Made by a program: the position numbers and the translations under genes. Positions 35,653-44,800 of a stretch of 64,000 nucleotides of DNA are shown in pieces; position 1 is the stretch's first letter, and each line of letters opens with the position of its first letter. The stretch is taken from NCBI GenBank assembly GCA_021783235.1, contig JAJXUD010000013.1, forward strand, positions 6,182-70,181, written 5' to 3'. A model generated the notes under the pieces. The model worked only from the letters and a program-made list of their open reading frames with translations. It did not search any database and was not told the DNA's origin. The stretch comes from Myxococcales bacterium. GTDB taxonomy: Bacteria; Myxococcota; Myxococcia; Myxococcales; JAKAPL01.

Positions 35653-36380
35653 CGTTCTCCTCCAGTCTGAAACTTCGAGAGCTCCGCCCGGTCTCCACGG
35701 GCCAATAGATCCGGCCGGCGCCGGCGCGTCCGGTCGAGCGACTGCTCCCGCCTCCACTGCTCGATTTCGCCGTGATTTCCAGAGAGCAGCACCGCCGGCA
35801 CGCACCGGCCGCGAAACTCGGGCGGGCGGGTGTAGTGCGGATATTCGAGCAGTCCCTCCTCGAAGCTCTCGGAGCGAACGGACTCCTCGTTGCCGAGAAC
35901 TCCAGGACGAAGCCGCGCCACCGCGTCGATCGCTGCGAGCGCCGCGAACTCTCCGCCGCTCAGGACGAAGTCCCCGAGCGAGAGTTCACCATCCACGAAG
36001 TCGCAGACCCGCTCGTCGATTCCCTCGTAGCGTCCGCAGACGAGGGTGAGCCCCGGGCCGCGGGAGAGTTCGAGGGCCCAACGCTGCTCGAAGCGGCGTC
36101 CCTGCGGCGAGAGGAGAAGGACGGGATTCGCCGGAGATCGGCTGCGCGCCGCCTCGATGGCTCCAACGAGCGGCTCGGGCTTCATCACCATTCCGGCGCC
36201 GCCGCCGTACGGGGCGTCGTCGGTCACGCGGTGGCGCCCCTCGGCGAACTCTCGGATGTCCGTCACCTGAACCGAGAGCAGTCCGCGCTCCTGGGCCTTA
36301 CCGAGGAGACTCTCCGCGAGTGGTCCTTCGACCATCCGCGGGAAGAGCGTCAACAGCTCGATCTGGAATGGCGCCGACAC
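35649..36380 (-). CDS. trmD: tRNA (guanine37-N1)-methyltransferase
   Basis: ORF 35649..36380(-), 243 aa. Blocks are [52 protein letters not shown] and YPHYTRP. Confidence 0.9.
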   Translation of the reverse strand: MSAPFQIELLTLFPRMVEGPLAESLLGKAQERGLLSVQVTDIREFAEGRHRVTDDAPYGGGAGMVMKPEPLVGAIEAARSRSPANPVLLLSPQGRRFEQRWALELSRGPGLTLVCGRYEGIDERVCDFVDGELSLGDFVLSGGEFAALAAIDAVARLRPGVLGNEESVRSESFEEGLLEYPHYTRPPEFRGRCVPAVLLSGNHGEIEQWRREQSLDRTRRRRPDLLARGDRAELSKFQTGGER

Positions 36381-36383
36381 CGG

Positions 36384-36941
36384 TTACTCTCTCCTCGTCC
36401 CACGTCCCAACTCGATCTCGACCGCGAGCGTCACACGCCGAGCCGTCCGATCCACCGAAGCGATCGTCCCATCTCGGATCGGCGCGAGTTCCTCGCGATC
36501 CCCTCCTCTTACCACCAAGAAGTCCTCTTTCCCATCGGTCTCCAACCCGACGATCGTCCCGAGCCGCTGCCCCCCGGAATCGACCGCGTCCAGGCCGACC
36601 AGATCGACGAGGTAGATCTCGTCTCTCTCCAACGCCGGCAGCGACTCCCGGTCGACCGAAAGGGTCATTCCCACGAGCAGCTCCGCCGCCTCCCGGCTCT
36701 CCACTCCGTCGAATCGAACCACCCAGCCTCGCGTCCGACGCGAGGTCTCCCGCACTACCCACCAGCGGCCGCTCTCCCCAGACCGACCCGCCCAGACGCC
36801 AAGACCCGGCATCCAGAGCGCCGAGTCTCGATTGAAGGAGTGAATCGCGACTTCGCCCCGCAGCCCCTGCGGCTTCGTGACGATCCCGATTTCGATGGGA
36901 TGTCGCGGCGGACCCGATGGCCCGTCAGCCTGGCTCCGCAA
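36384..36941 (-). CDS. rimM: 16S rRNA processing protein RimM
   Basis: From ORF 36384..36986(-). The blocks IEIGIVTKPQGLRGEVAI and a PRC-barrel C-terminus are present. The start is uncertain. TTG 36941 overlaps the upstream gene by 17 nt. TTG 36986 overlaps it by 62 nt. Confidence 0.75.
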   Translation of the reverse strand: MRSQADGPSGPPRHPIEIGIVTKPQGLRGEVAIHSFNRDSALWMPGLGVWAGRSGESGRWWVVRETSRRTRGWVVRFDGVESREAAELLVGMTLSVDRESLPALERDEIYLVDLVGLDAVDSGGQRLGTIVGLETDGKEDFLVVRGGDREELAPIRDGTIASVDRTARRVTLAVEIELGRGTRRE

Positions 36942-37182
36942 TCTCCACCGCCGTCCGCTGCCCGCCCTTCCGATCTGCCGCGGCAACGACCGCCCGGATT
37001 GCCTTGACGGTACGCCCCTGCCGGCCGATGATCTTGCCGACCTCCTGTGGGGCCACGCGCACGGTCAAGACCGGCTGACCGTTCTTGTCCGTCTCTTCGA
37101 CGGCAACGGCGGTCTGGTCGTCGACCAGACCGCGCACGAGGTACTCGAGGAGTTCGCGCACGGGCCGATCCGACGGGATCAT
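36925..37182 (-). CDS. KH-domain RNA-binding protein (YlqC/UPF0109 family)
   Basis: ORF 36925..37182(-), 85 aa, with [15 protein letters not shown] (GxxG KH loop). Its start overlaps the rpsP stop as ATGA. Confidence 0.8.
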   Translation of the reverse strand: MIPSDRPVRELLEYLVRGLVDDQTAVAVEETDKNGQPVLTVRVAPQEVGKIIGRQGRTVKAIRAVVAAADRKGGQRTAVEIAEPG

Positions 37183-37433
37183 TTCGCCGGTGCAGCCGGC
37201 TTGGCGTGCCGCAGGAGGCTACCGACGGCCTCGGTCGGCTGTGCGCCAGCCCCGAGCCAGTGCTCGATGCGGGGCTGATCCAGCTTCACCGCCGGCGGCT
37301 CGACCGTGGGGTCGTAGCTGCCGACCTCCTCGATGAACCGACCGTCACGGGGCATCCGCTCGTCAGCGACGACGATACGGTAGAACGGATTCTTCTTGGC
37401 CCCCGCTCGGGAGAGCCTCAACTTCACTGACAT
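37179..37433 (-). CDS. rpsP: 30S ribosomal protein S16
   Basis: ORF 37179..37433(-), 84 aa, beginning [38 protein letters not shown]. The RBS is GGAGG. Confidence 0.9.
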   Translation of the reverse strand: MSVKLRLSRAGAKKNPFYRIVVADERMPRDGRFIEEVGSYDPTVEPPAVKLDQPRIEHWLGAGAQPTEAVGSLLRHAKPAAPAK

Positions 37434-37452
37434 TCCAGCGCCTCCAAACGTG

Positions 37453-37483
37453 GTCGCCCGCCCTGCGAACAGGGGGGGGCGAC
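37453..37483 (-). terminator. GC-rich hairpin downstream of the Glt/Nfs-type operon
   Basis: gtcgcccgccctg-cgaac-aggggggggcgac forms about 11 paired positions. It lies 52 nt after the stop at 37535 and upstream of rpsP. There is no U-tract. Confidence 0.4.
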
Positions 37484-37534
37484 TCTTAGCGGAGAGAGTC
37501 CGGCCGAGTCAAGTCCGAGCAGCCAGATCGGCCG

Positions 37535-38185
37535 CTAGAACGTGTACTTGACCTGCGGGTAGATGGCGAGCGCCATCATGTTGACCGTCGATGGCACGAA
37601 ACGGGCGGAAATCTCCAGCCCGATCGTGAAGTGATCGAAGCGCGTCGCGTACTCGATCCCGGTAGCCGCGCCTCCGGTCGGAACCCAGACGTCTCCGGCG
37701 CCCGCCGAGGCGCCCATGTCGGCGCGCGGGAGCGGGGTGAAATCGGCCATGCCGCCGAACACTCGGAACGGGACATAGAGCCGGTCGAACACCTCGAGCT
37801 TGTAGCTCAGGACCAGGTCCAGCGCCGCCATCGTGAAGGTGCTCGAGCCCTGAGCACTCGACCCGGAGCAGTAGGCGTCGCTCGGGCCGTAGCAGTCGCC
37901 AGCGCTCGGAGCAAGCTGGAACTGCACCCCAACCGCAAAAGCGTCGAAGATGTCGTAGCCGACGCCCAGGCTGAGGAACGCCTCCATGTTCGAGTAGCCG
38001 TCGGCACCCCCGAGAGTCATGAAGGTGCCGAGCGCGGTCTCGGCGTAAAAGCCCGTCCGGACGGGCTCGGGACTGCCGGTCGAGCTGACGTTCGAAAGAT
38101 CGAGCTGCTCCGCCTGGGCTGGTGCGGCCGCGATCACGGCAAACACGAGGACGGCGAGGCTGAGGCTCAGGTGACGCGCAATCAT
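37535..38185 (-). CDS. small OM beta-barrel protein, GltH/NfsH position
   Basis: From ORF 37535..38230(-), with the start moved to ATG 38185. The signal peptide is MIARHLSLSLAVLVFAVIAAAPAQA. The product is 216 aa with alternating beta texture and ends in QVKYTF. Confidence 0.65.
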   Translation of the reverse strand: MIARHLSLSLAVLVFAVIAAAPAQAEQLDLSNVSSTGSPEPVRTGFYAETALGTFMTLGGADGYSNMEAFLSLGVGYDIFDAFAVGVQFQLAPSAGDCYGPSDAYCSGSSAQGSSTFTMAALDLVLSYKLEVFDRLYVPFRVFGGMADFTPLPRADMGASAGAGDVWVPTGGAATGIEYATRFDHFTIGLEISARFVPSTVNMMALAIYPQVKYTF

Positions 38186-38215
38186 GGTGTCGTTCCTCGG
38201 GGTGTCGTTCCTCGG
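38186..38215 (-). repeat. perfect 15-bp direct tandem duplication in the gene junction
   Basis: The plus strand reads ggtgtcgttcctcgg twice, at 38186-38200 and 38201-38215. The minus strand reads CCGAGGAACGACACC twice, immediately upstream of ATG 38185. Each copy carries a GAGGA SD-like core. Confidence 0.9.
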
Positions 38216-38230
38216 GGGATCAACGGTCAA

Positions 38231-40093
38231 TCAGTCCTCGCCAGCAGCCTTGAACACCCAGGGATAGGTGACGAACACCTGGCCGCCCCCCTTGGGCTCG
38301 GGGAACCGCCAGCGCCGCACGCGGGTCATCATGCAGTTTTCGACGTTCGAGTTGTTCATCGTGGTCTCGTTCACGTTGGCATCCGAAACCGCACCCGCGC
38401 CGTCGATCGTAAAGGCCACCGAGACCTTCCCGTAGAGATTCGGGTTCTTGTTCAACTCCGTCTCGTAGCAGTACTTGATCTCGTTCCAGTGCCGTCGAAT
38501 GATCTTCGCGATGATGTCCTTGGAGAGCGACCCCTGGACGATCGTCCGACCCGGGACGATGCGCGTGTCGCCCTTCCCGCGCCCGCCGAGGTCGATGCTG
38601 CCGTAGCCACCGCGACCGTGGCCGTTACCCTTGGTGCCGAGGCCGCCGATCCCGAGCGCGGTACCTCCGCCGCCCGAGCCCGTGCCGCGGCTTCCGAGTC
38701 CACCGACGCCGTGGGCGTCACCCATTCCCGCGCCGCCCTTGAGGCCACCGAGCGCATTGTTGATGCCGGTTCCGAGGCCGCCGGGGCCGAAGATGTTCGA
38801 GGCCGCGCCATCCGCTCCACCGAGGGCACCGAGCAGCCCCGCCTTCATGATCTTCGTCCGGTCCTCTTCGCGCTTGTGGGCGTTGACGATCGGGGAGCCC
38901 TTCTTCGAAGGAGCCGCATCCTCCTTCTTGGCCTCTTTCTTTCCGAACTTGCCTTCCTTGCCCTTCGCCTTGGCGCCTTCCTTGACGCCCGAGAGGTCGA
39001 ACTTCTTCTTCTTCTCCTTCTCAGGCGGCTTGATGATGAGCTTCGCAAACGCGCTCGGATTCTTGAAGAGATCTTCAGAGAGCATGTCGCTGCTCGTCGG
39101 CGTGATCCAGAAGCCGATGAGCAGCACGAGGTGAAGCATGAAAGCGACCGACAGCACCTTCGTGAAGTAGAAGTCGACCGAGTCGAAGAGGCTACTCTTC
39201 AACCGCTTCGCCGGACGGATCCAGCGCAGCACGAGGTTCGACGTCTCGAACGTCACGAGGCAGCGGTCGGCGAGGCCCAAGGTGAGTTCGCCCGAAGCCT
39301 CGCTCTCCTTGCCGTCGCGCCGGACGATCCCCTTGGCGCCCGGTGGAATGTGGATCCCGCCCGTGGCTGTCACGAGTTCGAAGCCCTCGCCGAGCGCCTC
39401 CGAGTAGACCCGGACGTCGCTCTGGTCGCCAGGGCCGATCTTGACCGGCTGTCCCACCGGGAAGCTCCGGACGTCGATGACGGTATCGCCCCAGAGCAGC
39501 GCAACCTCGAGTTGCCGATCGTTCTCGACGGGACGCTCGTCCTCCGAGAACTCCTCGTTCAACATCCGATTGCCGTTCGGCCCGAGCGCGAGAGTCGTCC
39601 CCTGAAAGCTCGAGAGGGCGCCCTCCACCGGACGCTTCGCCGCAGGCTTCACCGCCACCGCGGGAGAGGTCGAAGCTCGCGCCTTGACCGTCTCAGCGCG
39701 AACACCGGAGCGACGGCCCTCGGTCACGGTCCGCTCCTCGTCGGTCTGCTCGGCTTGACGAACGGTGACGACGTCCGTGGCATCTGCATCCCCGAAGATC
39801 ACCTTGATGCGCGTGGTGCCAACCTCGATGTAATCCCCCGAGGCGAGCACCGTCGGCTCCTTGATGGTCTGCCCCTGAAGCCGGGTGCCGGAGTCGCTGC
39901 CAAGGTCGAGCAGGATCACGTCCGAGCCCTTCACCTTCAGCATGACGTGAGCCGCCGAAACCTTCGGATCCGCGAGCCGGATGGTCGCCGATGGACCACT
40001 GCCGACGATCGCGCTGTCTTGGGTCAGAAGCTCGTCCCGCATCAGCCCGTCCGGGCCCTGGATCTTCAGCTGGATCTTCGGGATGGTCGCCAT
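38231..40093 (-). CDS. gltG: FHA - TM - Gly-rich linker - TonB_C-like (AgmX/PglI C-terminal domain) protein; GltG/PglI/NfsG family
   Basis: ORF 38231..40093(-), 620 aa. The FHA-like N-terminus is SAIVGSGPSATIRLADPKVSAAHVMLKVKGSDVILLDLGSDSGTRLQG. The TM helix is VLSVAFMLHLVLLIGFWI. A Lys/Glu-rich stretch and then a Gly-rich stretch follow. The C-terminus is IRRHWNEIKYCYETELNKNPNLYGKVSVAFTIDGAGAV...RWRFPEPKGGGQVFVTYPWVF. Confidence 0.8.
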   Translation of the reverse strand: MATIPKIQLKIQGPDGLMRDELLTQDSAIVGSGPSATIRLADPKVSAAHVMLKVKGSDVILLDLGSDSGTRLQGQTIKEPTVLASGDYIEVGTTRIKVIFGDADATDVVTVRQAEQTDEERTVTEGRRSGVRAETVKARASTSPAVAVKPAAKRPVEGALSSFQGTTLALGPNGNRMLNEEFSEDERPVENDRQLEVALLWGDTVIDVRSFPVGQPVKIGPGDQSDVRVYSEALGEGFELVTATGGIHIPPGAKGIVRRDGKESEASGELTLGLADRCLVTFETSNLVLRWIRPAKRLKSSLFDSVDFYFTKVLSVAFMLHLVLLIGFWITPTSSDMLSEDLFKNPSAFAKLIIKPPEKEKKKKFDLSGVKEGAKAKGKEGKFGKKEAKKEDAAPSKKGSPIVNAHKREEDRTKIMKAGLLGALGGADGAASNIFGPGGLGTGINNALGGLKGGAGMGDAHGVGGLGSRGTGSGGGGTALGIGGLGTKGNGHGRGGYGSIDLGGRGKGDTRIVPGRTIVQGSLSKDIIAKIIRRHWNEIKYCYETELNKNPNLYGKVSVAFTIDGAGAVSDANVNETTMNNSNVENCMMTRVRRWRFPEPKGGGQVFVTYPWVFKAAGED

Positions 40094-40126
40094 GTTCTCT
40101 CCGCGGTCCGCGTCGACGGTCGATGC

Positions 40127-40408
40127 CTAGAGGTTGTCCACCGACTTCTGCAGCTCGGGGTTGAAGTTGTCGCGGAGCTTGATGAGCGAGCCGAACTTGG
40201 TCTTCTTCCGGTTCAAGACGTAGGAGCCCTCGGGCTTCGTCAGGTCACCCTCGAGGGTCACGTCATTGAAATCGATGACGGTCTTCTTCTTGTAAACCGT
40301 TCGATCGGTCTCGTGGACCACCTTGTCGTCGTCGGCACGAGCCGAGGCAGCGGAAACCAGCGCGGCCGCGCCGGCCGCCAGCGCGAGCATCAGGGAGAGA
40401 GCCTTCAT
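40127..40408 (-). CDS. small secreted protein, GltF/NfsF position
   Basis: From ORF 40127..40426(-), with the start moved to ATG 40408 after AGGAGG. The product is 93 aa with signal peptide MKALSLMLALAAGAAALVSAASARA. The mature part is Lys/Asp-rich. Confidence 0.55.
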   Translation of the reverse strand: MKALSLMLALAAGAAALVSAASARADDDKVVHETDRTVYKKKTVIDFNDVTLEGDLTKPEGSYVLNRKKTKFGSLIKLRDNFNPELQKSVDNL

Positions 40409-40463
40409 CGTGCCTCCTAGTTCCACGCCGGGTCGAAAGGCGGGCGCATTTTAGCCGAAGCGA

Positions 40464-40482
40464 GCCCCCGAAGGAAGGGGGC
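40464..40482 (-). other. intra-operon hairpin just after the TPR-lipoprotein gene
   Basis: GCCCCC-gaaggaa-GGGGGC (6 bp GC stem) lies 5 nt downstream of the stop at 40488, within the 79-nt gap before the next gene. Confidence 0.4.
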
Positions 40483-40487
40483 CTACT

Positions 40488-41891
40488 CTACTCGTCCTTT
40501 TCTTCGTCTGCGTCGGGACCGCCTCCGGTGGCGGTCTTGGCTGGCGCTGGCGCAGCAGCTGGCGCTGGCGCAGCAGCTGGCGCTGGCGCAGCAGCTGGCG
40601 CTGGCGCAGCGGCCGGCGGCGCGCTGCCCGACGAGCTGTCCTTAGCGACCTTCAGGGCGGCAGGGGCCGCGGGCGCGTTGGGAGTCGGCGTCACGTCGCC
40701 CTTCCCCTCCTGCGCCTTTGGCGCCGGAGCTGGGCTCGGCGGTGGAGGACCCGATTTCAGCGAGTGCTCCACCGTCTCGAGGAGGTGCTGCGCATCGGTC
40801 CGCCGGGCCAATTCGCCGGAGAGGCCCAGGTAGCGGACGAGGTACTCCTTCGACTTCGGTAGGTCCTTCAGGTTCTTGTAGGCGAGGGCCAAGCCGTAGA
40901 CCGCGTCCGGCTGGTCGGGGAGGATGGAGAGCACCCGATCGAACTCCACGGAGGCTTCCTTCGGCTTCTTGAGCCCTTCGAGCGCCCACGCCGAGCCGAG
41001 GTGCCACTCCCAGCGGTTCGGCGAACCCTGCGCCGCGCGGCCGAACATCGTACTCGCGGTTCGGTAGTCCCGGTAGGCGAGCGCCACGATGCCGATGTTG
41101 GCGAGACCCGGCGCGAAGCTCTGGTCGAGCTTGACGGCGCGCTGGAACTGCCCAAGGGCCGCCCGACGATCGTCGAGCTTCAGATCCACCATGCCGAGGT
41201 TGTTGGCGACGCCTGGGTCCTTCGCGTCGAGCTTCTTCGCGTTCGCGCTGATGAACTCCGCCATCCGGAAGTTCCCGAGGTCGTAGTAGACCAGCGCAAG
41301 GTTCTTGTAGCCGTCGGGATCCTTCGGCGCCCGCGCGAGCAGCCGGTGGACCGTCTCGATGGCCTTCGAGTACTCGTGCGCCAGGCGACAAGAGACGACG
41401 AGGTCGTTCAAGAGCTGCACGTCGAAGGGGTGCTTGATGAGCGCCCGCCTGAAGAGATCGATGGCCTTCCGAGGCTGATCCTGCAGCCGAAAGACGTGTC
41501 CCAGGTTCAGAACAGCCGGGAGATGATCGGGATCCAGCTCGAGCGCCGCCTCGTACTCCTTTTCGGCCGCTCGCAGGTCCCCCCCCTGCTCCGCCAGGAG
41601 TCCGAGATCGAAGTGCGCCGAAACGTCCTTCGGATTCTTCTCCAGCGCCTTCTGGAACGCTTCGCGCGCCGCCGCCCGATCGCCCCGCTGCGCAGCGCCA
41701 ACGCCCTTCGAGAACCAGTCCGATTCGGACGGCTCGGGGGGCGGCCGAACCTCCTGAGCCAAGGGCTGGGTCTTCACCTCGGCCTTGGTCCCTCCGCAGG
41801 CCCCGATGGCGAGCATGGCGCCGAGGAACGGTAGGCCAACGAGCGCCGGGAACTTTCGAGCTTCGCGTCTCACGGGAGTGGCTCCTTGCAT
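40488..41891 (-). CDS. gltE: TPR-repeat lipoprotein; GltE/AglT/NfsE family
   Basis: ORF 40488..41891(-), 467 aa. The lipobox is AMLAIGA-C. There are about 8 TPR units (for example AHFDLGLLAEQGGDLRAAEKEYEAALELDPDH). The tail is Ala/Pro-rich. The start lies 3 nt after the upstream stop. Confidence 0.75.
   Translation of the reverse strand: MQGATPVRREARKFPALVGLPFLGAMLAIGACGGTKAEVKTQPLAQEVRPPPEPSESDWFSKGVGAAQRGDRAAAREAFQKALEKNPKDVSAHFDLGLLAEQGGDLRAAEKEYEAALELDPDHLPAVLNLGHVFRLQDQPRKAIDLFRRALIKHPFDVQLLNDLVVSCRLAHEYSKAIETVHRLLARAPKDPDGYKNLALVYYDLGNFRMAEFISANAKKLDAKDPGVANNLGMVDLKLDDRRAALGQFQRAVKLDQSFAPGLANIGIVALAYRDYRTASTMFGRAAQGSPNRWEWHLGSAWALEGLKKPKEASVEFDRVLSILPDQPDAVYGLALAYKNLKDLPKSKEYLVRYLGLSGELARRTDAQHLLETVEHSLKSGPPPPSPAPAPKAQEGKGDVTPTPNAPAAPAALKVAKDSSSGSAPPAAAPAPAAAPAPAAAPAPAAAPAPAKTATGGGPDADEEKDE
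40543..40610 (-). repeat. 18-bp tandem repeat, about 3.8 copies, inside the coding sequence
   Basis: ggcgctggcgcagcagct occurs three times plus a partial fourth copy. It encodes AAPAPA repeats in the C-terminal tail of the TPR lipoprotein. Confidence 0.9.
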
Positions 41892-41894
41892 GGC

Positions 41895-44800
41895 CTAGTA
41901 CCCTCCGCTCCCTTCCTCGTCCCTGGCCGGAGCCGCCTTCTTCGGCGGCTCGGGCGCGGGCGCCGGCTCCCCGGAGGAGGTCGGACTCGTCGACACCGTC
42001 TCGAGCGGCGCGACAGCGAAGAACTCGCTGCCCTGGTACGGCAGTGAGTGGATGTCACCATACGCGCCGGGGCGGTACTTGTTCTCCTGATCCTCCGCCT
42101 TGAGCACCCAGTCGTCGTAGACGTTCAGCTCCGAGCTCTTCTGAAGCGCCTTCTCGATCGCCTCGATGCCCTTGTCCTCGAGCGGGAGCGCGCGATTCTC
42201 TAGCTCGGCCCGGTACTGGTCGAGCAGATCCGGCGACAGCCCCTTCGGGTCCGGGGAATCGGTCAGGCTCTTCGCGAAGTCGAGATAGGCGAAGCCGATC
42301 CGCGTCAACGCCGCGATTCCGTAATCGCCGTCCCCGATGGCGAGCACCTGGGTGTAGGCCTTCTCGACCTCCGGGAGGGTCTTCATCTTCTCCTTGAGTT
42401 GCCCCTTGAGCTTGTTCGGGTTGTCGAACCGAATGGCCGTGTATCGGCTCCAGAGCGGATCGACCTCATGGAAGCGGAGCTGAGCATAGGCGGCGAGATT
42501 CCCGTCGTCCTTCTGCTCGGCCGGCGAGAGGCGCGAATAGGACTTGAGCAACTCCTCGCCGATCTTGACTGCCGAGCGGTCGTCGCCCGACCTGCGGAGC
42601 GCCTCCATCTGCTTGTACTTGGCGTAGTAGATCTTGCCCGGCGTCAGCTCACGCCCGTAAGTCTTCATGTAGACGTCGAAGGCCTTGGCCGCGCTCTTCC
42701 AGTCTTTCTGCTTCTCGTCGATGAGGCCGATGTTGAACTGGATCTCCGGTGCGTCCTTGCGGTCCTTGAACTCTTTTAGGTATTGGCCGTAGAGCGCGAT
42801 GGCCTTGCCGAAGTTGCCGAGCCCTTCGTTCCAGAGCGCCGCATTGAAGAGATCGTCGGCCGACTTGGGATCCTTCGGGTAGAGTTTGACGAACTGCTCG
42901 TAGTCGGCGGCGGCCTTCTCGAAGTCGGCCTCGCGCTCATAGTCGTGAGCGAGCGCCTCCAAGGTCTTCGAGGCGAGGTCCGACTTCGGGTAGTCGCGCA
43001 GGAGCTTCTCGCCCTCGGGAACCGCGAGGTCGAGCTTGTCCCCGTTCTCGTAGCCGACCATCGAGTTGAAAAGAGCCTTGGGAGCGAACTCGCTCTTGGG
43101 GAAGAACTTCACGAACTCGTCGAAGAGCTTCCCGGCCCGGCCATAGTCCTTCTGCTCGAAGATCTGCTGCGCGAGCGTGAACTGGGTGCGCTGGATGATG
43201 CTCATGACGCGTTGGGCGAACGGAGAGCCTGCCTTCGCGAGCTGATGATTCGCGTAGAACTTCTTTGCGAGATCGTTGAGCTCCGCCACTTCCCCCTTCG
43301 CGGAGAGGGCATCCATGATGAGGTCGGCCGCCTTCTGGGCGAGTTCGTTCGTGGGCCACTTGGTGATGACCTCGCCCAGCCGCTTTCCTGCCTCCACGAA
43401 GTGGAAGTGGTCGTAATAGAGGAAGGCCGCCTTGTACCGGACCGTCACCTCGTCGTTGCCACCCGGGAAGAGCTTCACGTAGCGATCCGAGGCGTCGGCG
43501 AGCTTCTGCTCCCAGTGCGGAATCGGCTCCTCCTGAGCGTTCTTGCCGGCCTTCGTGATCATGCCGTGCTTCTGCACGACACCCTTCTTCTGCTTCTCGT
43601 CGATCTTCTCGTTGTCGGAGAGCTCGCGCTGCTGCATGCGGCCCTGCGCGATCGCCACGAGCTTCTCGTAGCAGAGGATGGCGTCGTAGGCCGCCGACTT
43701 GGCGTAGTAGCCCTTCGGGTCCTTCTTCGAGACGAGCTCGTACTGCTCGGCGGCCTTGTCCCATTCCTGCAGGGCGTAGAGAATCTCGGCGTAATAGAAG
43801 CGCAGGTTGGACGCGTTCTCGGATTCCGGAAAGTTGTCGAGGTACTCCTTGTAAATGTCGCGAGCGAGCCGGTAAGTGGCGACGCTCTTCGTCTTCTGCG
43901 CCTCCTGATGGTAGTCCGTCACGAGCTCGCGCATCGAGCCCTCGGTCAGGTCGTACGCCGAGGCCAGTGCCGACTTGTTGCGCGAGTTGGCCTGGGCCCA
44001 GTCGCTCTTCGGTCCGTAGACCTGGACGAGCTTCTTGAGCTCGACGCGGACCTGATCACGCATCCGCTGCCCCTCGTAAGCCTTGACGATGTTCGCCTGG
44101 TAGGCCGGATCCTCCGGGTCCGTCGGATCCTCGCTGATGATCATCCGGTATGTCCGGATGGCCGGATCCCACTTTCCAGCATCGAAATAGACATTCCCGA
44201 GCCGGGCCATCAGGTGGTGGGTCTTCTTCCGGGAGGCGTGCTGCGCGTAGTAGTCGCGCGCCTGGTCGACGGCATTGAGCTGCGACCAGGAGAGGATCAT
44301 GTCCCCGAGCGCCTCGTTTTTGAGCTGGATCTTGTCCTTGCGCTCGCCCCGCGGCCCCTTGCGGGCGGCGTTCTCCTGGTAGGAGACCACCTTCTCGAAC
44401 TTGTGGATGGCGTCCTCGTAAGCGCCCGAGTTGAAGTCGCACCAGGCGAGCTTGTAGAGAGCGAAGGCGTAGATCTGTGGGACATTGCAGGCGAGCGCCT
44501 TCTCGTAGGCCTTGCGGGCTCGCTCGAGGTCGTTCGAGTTGAAGAAGTGCTCACCCATCTGCACGTATGCGTCCGGCACGAACTTGCTGTCGGGGTACTG
44601 CCGGATGAGGTCCCAGTAACGCGCGATGGCGTCCTTCTTCTTACCCACCTCGTAGAGGTTGTAGGCCAGGTTGAAGAGGACCTCGTCCTTGCGTGGATAG
44701 GTCGGGTAGTCGTCCAGGATCTTCTGGTAGAGGTTGATCGCCTCCTGCCGGTAGAGATCCGACTGGCGCGTGCTCAGGGTTGGCTCTCGCGCCCCCTTGG

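Noticed and set aside
40543-40610. Whether the short tandem repeats (18-bp unit here, GS-linker repeat at 24235-24357, 15-bp duplication at 38186) could be CRISPR or a mobile-element remnant.
   Set aside because: The repeats are contiguous with no spacers, and lie in frame inside coding sequences or at a gene junction. No cas, transposase or integrase genes, and no terminal inverted repeats, occur anywhere in the window.
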